From Leucoraja erinacea (lineage: Eukaryota): DNA of 64,000 bases. The translations under genes were made by a program, and so were the position numbers. Of this stretch, positions 25,761 to 35,780 are shown in pieces (the first letter of the stretch is position 1; each line of letters starts with the position of its first letter). Location of the stretch: the NCBI RefSeq assembly GCF_028641065.1, contig NC_073389.1, forward strand, positions 8,804,001 to 8,868,000, written 5' to 3'. A model generated the notes under the pieces. That model saw only the letters and a program-made list of their open reading frames with translations, had not been told where the DNA came from and did not search any database.

Positions 25761-26751
25761 CCTGCGGAACTCCACTTTTCACAGACCTCCAACCTGAAAT
25801 GCCAAGGACCAGAAGGTGAGATGAGCTAAGTTGAAAGGAGATTTGAGGGGCAGGATTCTCACACACAGAGCGGTGGGGACCTGGAACATGCTGCCAGGAG
25901 TGGCGGTGGAGGCAGACATGATGGTTTAAGATGTTTGTGGATAGGCACATGGATATGCGGAGAATGGAGCGATATGGATCATGTAGAGGAGATCGGTTGA
26001 ACTCGGTATCATGTTCGGCACTAGGACATGTGTTGATATGCTGATCACGCAGGTTTTCCCATGGTCATCTGCTGCTCTTTATCCCTCCGTTCACTCCAGC
26101 CATTGGCAGGGAGTGTTTTGATGGACTGTTTGAAAGATACAGCATGGAAACGGCTCTTTCTACGCTGGCCATCAAACACCCTTTCACACCAGTTGTGCAT
26201 TACCCACTTATTCATCCACTCACGGCAAACTAGGGGCAATTAACAAAGGCCAAGTAACCTACGAACCAGCATGACTTTGGGGTGTGGGAGGAAATCCACA
26301 CGGCCACAGGGAGACCGTGCAAGCTCCACACAGACAGCAGCCGAGGTCAGGATCGAACCCAGGTCTCTGGCGCTGAGAGGCAATGGCCCCACCAGCTGTT
26401 GCTAAAACACCACCTGATTTCCCCACATATACCAGGTCATGTCAAAGGTGGACTGCCCGGTAATTCTGGCTGACTGGCTATGATGAGAAAAACATAATGG
26501 ATAAGTTCCTCACTCGTTTTTGGAATCGCTGCTGGTGGGCGCTCTTATCATATGAAAACGACTGCAGCTGCCACTTCCTTTCGTAGAGAACAGTGGTGTT
26601 AATTAATGTGAAATGGAAGCTATTTCTGCTGCGATTCCAATCTAGATCAAACAGTTTCTCGCTAGCTGTGCAAGCTACACTGTAACAAAGGTTCCCTGTG
26701 CAACATCTCCACTGTTAGCCTGTGAGCAGGACTAGAATAACATTTTAGTTT

Positions 26752-26950
26752 AAGGTAGACACAGCATGCTGGTGTAACTCAGCGGGACAGGCAGCATCTC
26801 TGGAGAGAAGGAATGGATGATGTTTTGGGTCGAGATACCTTCCCCCGATTCTCAATCTGAAGAAGGGTCTCGACCCGAAACGTCACCCATTGCTTCTCTC
26901 CAGAGATGCTGCCTGGCCCGCTGAAGTCAGATTTTTGTGTCTATCATCGG
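26752..26950. mobile_element. Palindromic Penelope pLTR pair with hammerhead-like core at 26857-26884
   Basis: Inverted arms around CTGAAGAAGGGTCTCGACCCGAAACGTC. Confidence 0.75.
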
Positions 26951-27293
26951 TACAAATCTGCCAGTCCATGAAGTGAGGATGCTTAGAACATAACTGAGTG
27001 AGATTCCCTGATGGAATTGCCTTATTCTACTTAAGGCTGTTGTTTTCATTGCAAACTTGCTCAAGATCTGACCACTTCAATTCATTAAAGTAGAACATCT
27101 TTATCAAATACTGGCTTCCAAGCATTTGTAAATTCATGGAAATATTTTGGAGATGAGACAAATCATCAAGAGACCACAACAGAAAAAAACACAGTTATCT
27201 GCAACAATTGAGAAAATATTATCATTCTCCAGAGAACAGTGGAGGTTAAGGGGAGATTTAATAATGATGTTGCAAATTATGATGTGTTAATAA

Positions 27294-27600
27294 GGTGAGT
27301 GATGGATTGCAACCTTGTCGTGGTTGGGGAGCTTGTGTGTCTCAGTGACCCCTAGAGCTATGCCAGTGGGAGATTCGTCTCCTGTTAGGGTCTCCCATGC
27401 TGGACAGGCCGAAGAGTAGAGGCGAAACGAAGAGCGATCCACTGGTCCTCCAGGTTGGAGATTGAGCACAGGACGAACAACCCTGTCTCGTGAAACAAAT
27501 ATGTTACGGAAACAGCAACTGAAGGAATCACCACTACTGAGTGGAGGACCTTCGTTGCTGCCCTACATGCCAGGAGGCATAATAGGCAGTAAGTAGTAAG
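27294..27600 (+). mobile_element. Bipartite RTE-derived non-autonomous element (5' UTR joined to 3' end)
   Basis: ccttgtcgtggttggggagcttg...gagctatgcc...agggtctccca resembles RTE/BovB-type 5' UTRs; the 3' part reads WRTFVAALHARRHNRQ* with a gtaagtagtaag tail. Confidence 0.7.
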
Positions 27601-28476
27601 TTGTTCCAGCAGAGATGGATTGGTACCCGAGGCTATGAATTCAGGGTAATACAACCTGAAGGAGGGCAAGTGGAGAAACATGTTTCAGCGATATATTAAA
27701 AAAAACACAATTGCTGCAGTTTCTCGGCAAGTCAGGCAGCATCTCTGGAGAAAATGGATAGGTGACATTTCAGACTGGGTCAGCAACCTGAAGTGTCACA
27801 TGTCCATGTCCTTCAGATATGCTCCCTCATTCGTGGAGTTACTCCAGAACTTTTCTTTGGTAAACCAGCATCTGTAGTTCCTTGTTTTTCCTTTGCTCCA
27901 TGTGATGAACGAAATTTCGTTCAGACCGAAAGTTCTGAATGACAATGGAGGCTACTTTACTTTACTGATGTGAACTATCCAAACATTGATGGAAGTAGGT
28001 TTAATAATAACTTTCATATCCAATGATGTGATTACTATCCCCCCAACAGTGAATGGAAGACCTAGGTTTAATAATAGATAGCTTTTCATATCCAAAATCT
28101 GAATTGGTAGGATACATATATACAATAAAACTGTCCCCCACCACAGTGAGTCCAGAGTCTCCTCACTGGCAAAGACCGTCTCTTCCCTCCTCTTCTCCCT
28201 CTGCGCAACAGCATTGATATGCAGAGGGATCTTGGGGTCAACGTCCAAGTTAAATAAAGCATTCAGGATATTTTTCCCAGGGTGGAAATGTCTCGATGGC
28301 ATAACTTCAAGTCTCTTGAGGGGCAAAGTATAAAGCAGATGTGAGGGGCAAGTGTTTTTATACACAGAATATGGTGGGTACCTGGAATGCACTATCATGA
28401 TGGCGAAGGAGGCAGATATAATTGGGGCATTTAAGAGGATTTTAAACAGATATGCAAGGAAAGGAAAATGTATCAT

Positions 28477-28800
28477 TTTGTTTAATTTAGTTTAGTTTAG
28501 TTTAGTCTAATTTAGTTTAGTTTAGAGATACAGCATGGAAACACACCCTTCGGCCCACCGAGTCTGCACCGACCAATGCATTAACACTACCCTACACACA
28601 CTGGGGACAATTTCACATTTCCACCAAGCCAATTAACGTACAAGCCTGCACATCTTTGGGGTGTGGGAGGAAACCGAAGATCTCGGAGAAAATCCATGCA
28701 GGTCACAGGGAGAACATACAAACAGCACCAGTAGTCAGGATTGAACCCGGGTCTCTGGCGCTGTAAGGTGGCAACTCTACCGCTGCACCACCATGCCGCC
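28477..28800 (-). mobile_element. HE1/V-SINE
   Basis: Reverse copy with (gttta)n tail. Confidence 0.85.
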
Positions 28801-29131
28801 CAAAATGTCGGCAGAGGAGATTAGTTTAACTTGGCATCATGCTTGGAAACCATATTATGGGCCGAAGGGCCTGTTCCTGTGCTGTACCATTGCATGTTCG
28901 AAGTTCTATGCATCAGCCTGGCCAGAAGGGGACAACATGGCTCCTTCTATTTTATTTTTTTTTGATGATCTATTCCACGGAATACCTCAAAAATGCACAG
29001 AAAATAATTTGTCATAAAGCTTGTGTTAGTTAATTTGTTTTAAGTGAAAGGAGAGAATTTCATCCTATTGCAGCAGAATGTAATCCACAACCATTATTTA
29101 TAAAGCGATGCTATGCTGCATCCATAGAACA

Positions 29132-29145
29132 GTCTCCATGGTAAC
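29132..29145. promoter_or_regulatory. Candidate RFX X-box
   Basis: GTCTCCATGGTAAC fits GTNNCCATGGNAAC and lies in a non-repetitive intronic island; motif match only. Confidence 0.35.
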
Positions 29146-30134
29146 GCTGAGCTATCTTGTGCATGGCAGATGCTGGTAAAAGCTAAACCCTGCAAAATGA
29201 CTGGAAAGTAATTAAACAAAAGGTTGGATCAAGTTGTGTGGATGATTATATTGAGCAGCTATAAGCATGGTGGGAAATAATCCCAATGTCAGGTGAAGGC
29301 AGCAGCATCCCGTCTCCCTGTATGGAACATTACAGCACTGGGGGCCCTATACTAATGGAACCATTTCAGATAGCCTGCCTTCCCAGTTTGTGTTGGGACT
29401 CACTAACTCCAGCTTGTGTTGGTTCATTCTATGGAATTCTCTGCCTCAGAGGGCGGTGGAGGCTGGTTCTCTGGATACTTTCAAGAGAGATCTAGATAGG
29501 GCTCTTAAAGATAGCGGAGTCATGGGTACTGATTGGGGATGAACAGCCATGATCACATTGAATGGCAGTGCTGGCTCAAAGGGCTGAATGGTCTACTCCT
29601 GCACCTATTGTCTATTGTCTATTGATGTAATGTTAACACAGCTTCTCTTTGCACACCAATGCTACCTGGCCTTCTGGATATTATCAGCAACTGCTGTATT
29701 TTCTGTCTCACTGGTTCAGCATTCAGTCTCTCCTCTGTTCTCGTTCTGCTTCCTCAATTTACCTCTTCACTAGTCAATTCATCACTGTCTCTCAACCGGC
29801 AACAATACCATTGAATCATTCCATCGCTCTTGGTCACCATTCAGTAATTGTTTGTTTTCTCTTCTTTATCCTCTCCACCCCTCTCCTCTTTTTGCATCTT
29901 CGACCTGCTTGTTCTGAATAATTAAATGACAATGAGCTGAAATATTAACATTCTTTCATTCTCCATACATAATGCTTGACATGCCAAGCATTTTTGGCAT
30001 TTCTCTTTCTGTTGCAGAAAATATACATTTTCAGATTCAGATTCAGATTCAGATTCAATTTTAATTGTCATTGTCAGTGTACAGTACAGAGACCACAAAA
30101 TGCATTTTCTGCTGGAGTTGGATATTATCTGTTA

Positions 30135-31198
30135 AGGGCCTGTCCCACTTCGGTGTCATTTGCGCGTAATTTACGTGACATCATTTAGCATCACGATACA
30201 CGATGCGCGCGTCTTGCCGCGCACGTGATGAACGCATGGTGCGCATTACGCGTGCATGGTGACGTAGGCATGATCACGCGGGCGCCCCAGAATTTTGGGA
30301 TGTACAAAATCTTCATGCACCATCTGCGTAATACTGAAGGGGGCGCAGACCTGTGTGGTATGGCTGCCCAGCCTGCAGCTGTTCGTTTTTCACTCTTTTT
30401 TTTATTTTTAGTGAGTTTTAGTGTTTTGTTTTTGGAGTTTTTGGAGTTCTAGTCTTTTTTATGTGGGGGGTTGAGGGGGGGGGAGGGGGAAACTACTTTT
30501 CAGGGTCCCTACCTGGTCGGAGAGGCAGCTTTTCTCCGGGCTGCACCTTCGACCCATCCTCGCGGCCTACCAGCGGGCCTGGAGCGGCGTTTCCTGAGGG
30601 GACTGCCCAAAACCTCGGCTTCGGCGGCGGCACAGTGCTGGAGCGGGTCGCCGTGCTGGAGCACCGGTGAGCTGAGACCGCCAAGAAAAACATTGTGGAG
30701 CTGCGGGTCTATGGAGCAGCCAGCTGCGGCGCTGAACTTTAACATCGGGAGCCTGGGATCTCTCGCTGAGATCGTCAGTGGTGGAGCTCCATCCAGCGCG
30801 GCCTTGTTGGCTTCGGAAGCTGCGGTCTCCAGTAAGGAAGCCGGGCTTTTCCAGGCATCGCAAGTCACTGAGAGGGTTCTCCCGACGTCGGAGCACCATC
30901 ACCCGGCGTGAACGGCCTGGAACATCGGGCCTCCATAAAGGCGACTGCGGAGGCCTCAATAGGCCCGACTATGGGTGGACATGGGATGGGGACTGGACAT
31001 TGTGCCTTCCCTCATAATGGGAACTATTGTGAGGGGATGCATTTTAAGTTTAAATCTCTTTACTATTGTTATGTCTGTATTCTTGTTTTTAAGTGCTGCA
31101 TTGGCAAGGAGCATTTCACTGCACCGATGGTGTATGTGACCAATAAAAAACCTTTAAACCTTTGAACACGCAAATGACGCCCAAGTGGGTCAGGCCCT
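30135..31198. mobile_element. PIF/Harbinger-type MITE, subfamily D, split by an insertion of about 830 bp
   Basis: agggcctgtcccactt...aagtgggtcaggccct; the uninterrupted relative is at 54114-54366. Confidence 0.8.
30334..31166 (+). mobile_element. GC/CpG-rich non-autonomous retroelement with Rex/Babar-like 3' tail
   Basis: Nested in a MITE; starts ctgaagggggcgc...atggctgcc and ends atttcactgcacc...gtgtatgtgaccaataaa with short tail repeats. Confidence 0.7.
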
Positions 31199-32434
31199 TA
31201 ACTCTCACCCTTGTTTGCCACTTCCCACATTCTTGCTTCCCCATCAACAGAGTCACACTCACATTCCAATAATGATATTAAAACGTGAAGGAAGGAACTG
31301 CCGATGCTGATTTAAACCGAAAAAGCTGGACGAACTCAATTGGACAAGCAGCATCTCTGGAGAGATGGATCAACACCCTTCTTCAGACTAGTCAGGGGGA
31401 GGGGAAACGAGATATATAGACGATGACGTGATATTAAAATGCAAACTCTTCCTATCCAAATAAGGTTCACTGCAACCTACTCACATTGCCTCATCTCCCC
31501 CACCCAAAGAGTTTCTTGGTCATCCCACCATCATTTCAAAACATGATAGCCTCAGTATGAAAGCACATCACATACACAATTGCCGAGGGAGCAGAACAAC
31601 TCAATGCTTCAATGCCTCTAGTGTCTGGGTTGACGTTAACCCGTAACATAATGCTCTTGGTAAGTCTGATGCATCTCAGACAAGAGATTCCCTGTGAGAA
31701 TGAAATTACCTCACCATTTAGCAATAATTGGCTCTTTTTTTTCTAATGCCCATGAAAACGTCTGATTGTGAATTAATGAACTAAGAAGAAAAGTCTATAC
31801 ATCCCATGGAGCCTGTTCGTAATTCTAGAAGATCTCATCTTACCTTATATTCTACCTTTTGGGCAGATCCCCATAATTCTTGATGGCTACAGTGAAATAA
31901 GAAGATAGACCCAAAATTTCCTGAGTAACTCAGCGGGACAGGCAGCATCTCTGGAGAGAAGGAATGGGTGACGTTTTGGATCAAGACCCGTCTTCAGACT
32001 GAAGTAAGAAGTCTGGACAATGCGCTCGCCCTGAGTCCACCGGATTATGCCAGGACCCTCCATCCCCCAATTCACAATTCCCCGTCAATAAAGACATCCA
32101 TCTTTCCCAATTAGACTGGTATTTCCGATGACTCCTGAAATACAGCAACGTGGCAGAGACCCAGCCCACATCCAGTCAATGATTTTTAAAAGGTCAACTT
32201 AGTCGAGGTGAATGTGTGAGTCTCTCTCACTCAATCCCTGGGGTTATGGCACTGACTCCCAACACCTAGTCCTTCCATCACAACCCCACAAGACATTTGA
32301 CAGGTACATGGATAACATGCGTTATTTCCTGGGAACATTTGCTTGATAATTAATCCGTAAGTGATGACATTAAACATACTGGATAACCACACCAGTGATT
32401 CTAATGGAATGAATTGAGGAGTACAACACACTTA

Positions 32435-32791
32435 AGCCCTTGTCCCACTGTTCGAGGTAATTCACGAGTTCTCCCGAGTTTTCCCCTGATTCGAACTTGG
32501 AGAATGTCCGTAGCGGGTCCGTAGGTGTTCGTGGATTTCTCATAGCGGCTCGTACGTGTAAAAAGTAACAAGTTTTTTCATCACAAGTATTTCTTTACTC
32601 GGGGACATTTTTTACATGGATGAAAAAATGTCACGAGTTTGCCGGTTGTCCCGAGTACCTACCGTTACTCGTACGAGCCGCTACGAGACATCCACAAACT
32701 CTTACGGACCCGCTATGGACATTCTCCGAGTTTGAATCAGGGGAAACGTCGGGAGAACTCGTGAATTACTTCGTACAGTGGAACAGGGGCT
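32435..32791. mobile_element. PIF/Harbinger-type MITE, subfamily E (long TIRs)
   Basis: TTA|agcccttgtcccactg...cagtggaacaggggct|TTA; arms complementary over more than 100 bp. Confidence 0.85.
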
Positions 32792-33501
32792 TTACATGAC
32801 TATGCAGCTATTTTGTATTACAGACAGGGGCTAAATTCCACACCAGATATGTTTTAAATTGTTAACTACAATCATCAGCATTACACGTTTTTAATAGCCA
32901 TTTTCTGTGTGTGCTTTCCTGCCATTTTGTAAACTGGTACTTTTCTTTTACCTTGCAATAAATAATGTTGTGAATGTTACCATGGTGATTGCTGTGTAGA
33001 GCACAAAAAAATCATCTCTTTCCGACTTGCAGTAAGCAGTCCCTCTTCTGCACTCAATGCTAAAGTCTCTCTCGCCTACACCGATCATTAGCACCAGCCA
33101 CTGGCTCAAATCATTAATTCCCACCTTAGGAAGCAATTACAAAGGAACCAGATGCAATAGTTTAAGTTACCAGGCGATTTCCAGCAATTCTATACGCTAT
33201 TCCTGCCTCAGGTTTGTGCTTTTATCCCTTCAATGATTCCTTTGTGACTGTGCCACGTTTTTTATTTCAGATTTCAGTGGCATTTGTAGCAATGAATTGG
33301 ATGGGCAGCAGTGTGGTAGATTTCAATGCTCAGTTGGTAGATGTGGGAACTGATGTTCTTCCTTGGGAATTGGAGATAAACTGGTCGGCTCAGAAAAGTG
33401 ATCACTTTTGGGTGAAATCTAGTGGATGAAGAAACCCGATTCTCTCAGTTACAATTCGCATGATCTTGTTAACCTTTAGTCAATGGCTGGTCAAATGAAA
33501 G

Positions 33502-34090
33502 AGTAGGAAGGAACTGCAGATTCAGGTTAATGGGAATGGGAAGAGGAGTTAAGTGTTTAGCAACCGGGACATCTGTCCGCCCGAACTTGCATAATCTCCC
33601 CATTGCTAAACACTTTAACTCCCCCTCCCATTCCCACATTGACCTTTCTGACCTGGGTCTCCTCCACTGTCAGAGTGAGGCCCAGTGCAAATCGGAGGAA
33701 CATCACCTCATATTTCGCTTGGGCAGCTTACAACCCAGCGATATGAATATAGACTTCTCTAACTTCTAGTAACCCTTGATTTCCCTCTGTCTCCATCCCT
33801 TCCCCATCCCAGTTCTCTGACCAGTCTGACTGTCTTCCTGATTACATTTTATCTTTATATGCTTCATTGTCACCTTCTCCATCTAACAACGATCTATTCT
33901 CCATTCTCCAAGACCTTTGTCCCCTTTGATGTCTCGTTTTCACACCTTACCCTTCCATATCTCAGTGTCTCCCTCTCGCCTGACTCTCAGTCTGAAGAAG
34001 GATCTCGACCTAAAACGTCACCCATTCCTTCTATCCAGAGATGCTGCCTGTTCCGCTGAGTTACTCCAGCATTTTGTGTCTATCTTCAGT
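33502..34090 (+). mobile_element. Penelope-like 3' fragment with inverted 5' segment
   Basis: LPIAKHFNSPSHSHIDLS...LGSLQPSDMNIDFSNF, UTR and pLTR; 33525-33570 is the reverse complement of 33597-33645. Confidence 0.85.
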
Positions 34091-35037
34091 CAACCAAATG
34101 ATGTCACTCTTGCCAAGCACATTATTTGCTTGTGCCATCAAAAATTGAAGTTCAAAGCTCCAAGATGCATCCATTAGGTGATTATTTTGCTTCAAGTCGG
34201 AACATATCAAGTGAGTTTGTTGTTTTCAACAATATTTCAAGGCACATTGTTGGCACAAGCAGACCAGACGAGACATGATAACTATCTGCCAGCCACTGAT
34301 ATTTCTTCCAAGGTCCATAGAATTTGCTGCAATGGGCAGTATTTCCTCCAGCATTTAGCTGCTGAGATACCCATTAAATGTTTCCTCAGCAGTGGCTCTG
34401 TGGAAGAACTCCATTACAGGAGACATTGGCATGTGTATGACTGGCCACTGAATGTGGGTTAGGAATCTTAGCACAAGAAGCGCAGATATGCCGTTGGTTA
34501 GGGAAGCCTACACACACCATATCTAACCTGGAGCTCTCTGATCTCCAGTCTCCCTCTTCCCTTTCCCTCAGTCTGAAGAAGGGTCTTGACCCGAAACATC
34601 ACCCACTCCTTCTCTCCAAAAGTGCTGCCTCTCCCGCTGAGTTACTCCACCATTTTGTGTTTCTCTCTGATTTAGACACAGGCTCTGGTTTTCAAAGGCA
34701 GTCATCACTGAGACATGTAGCATTCTCCTTGCACCCATGCTCTGGTACCAGCATGGCTTTCTCCGTGCAAGTCAAGGGCACCCTGAGTTTCAAAATTCTT
34801 GCCACAGCACCTTTTTCTCAGGCGGCAGCAACAGATATCTGCCATGCTTAATATCAGAGATCACCCAGGCACCACTTGCAAGTAAATGATTTTTGCTTAC
34901 ATTAAATCCAATGGAACAAGTGGTATCTCGGGCCGTGGAAGATGCTGGCATTGTTGGTTTCCACACTGATGGAGGCAACCACTGATGCATTCATTTATTC
35001 AGTCTGTGGTCTCCCCTGAATAAGCCAGACCTTTCAC

Positions 35038-35423
35038 CACGGCACAGTGACGCAGCAGTAGAGTTGCTGCCTTACATGGCCAGAAACCTGGTTCAATGAT
35101 GACTATGGATACTGTCTGTATGGAGTTTATATTATCTTCCAGTGACCTCATGGGTTTTCTCTGGGTGTTCAGGTTTCCTTCGACATTCCAAAGATGTGCG
35201 GGTTTGTAGGTTAATTGTCTTCTGCAAATTCTCCCGAGCGTGTACAGTGAGTGAGGGGATCGCAGGTCGGAACAGACTCGGTCAGCCAAAGGGCCCCGAG
35301 AAAACACACGTGGTCACGGGGAGAACATACAAATGCCGTACAGACAAGTAACCGTAGTCAGAATCAAATCGGGGTCTCTGGTACTGTAAGACAGCAACTT
35401 TACCGCTGCACCACCGTGCCGCC
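35038..35423. mobile_element. Two HE1/V-SINE pieces fused in opposite orientation
   Basis: Plus-strand copy 35038 to about 35295 joined to a minus-strand 5' half from about 35295 to 35423. Confidence 0.75.
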
Positions 35424-35428
35424 TCTAA

Positions 35429-35780
35429 AGGGGTTGTCCCACTTGGGCAACCTAATCCATGAGTTCTGGCGAGTTTGCTCTCGACTCATACTCGCAGCAT
35501 GGTCAACTCGAGGTCGTAGGAGGTCTTTGTAACTCTCCTTCATGTTTGAGAGTAGTCCCCGTGTACTCAAGGCCTCAGCTAGGTCGCGCCTTTTTTAAAA
35601 ACACGTTGAAAAATGCACGCGAGTAAAAAAAGGTCGCCATGGAAAAAATCGATACTTTTTTTACTCGTAGGTTTAGTCATAGTAGGTCATAGTAGGTCGG
35701 CATGTTAGTCGTAGGTAATTGAGGGTAGTCGAAAACAGTCCAAGGTAGTCATAGATGGTCATCATCATAGTCCAAGGGAG
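35429..35780. mobile_element. MITE subfamily A, truncated on the right by a CR1 3' fragment (about 35780-36145)
   Basis: TAA|aggggttgtcccacttggg; internal sequence shared with 2953-3273 and 48703-49232. Confidence 0.75.

Noticed and set aside
26526-26545. gctgctggtgggcgctc as a CTCF site
   Set aside because: Mismatches at core positions; too weak to call.
30461-31017. Several overlapping 65-146-aa ORFs on both strands
   Set aside because: Expected from high GC content inside a mobile element; no protein motifs.
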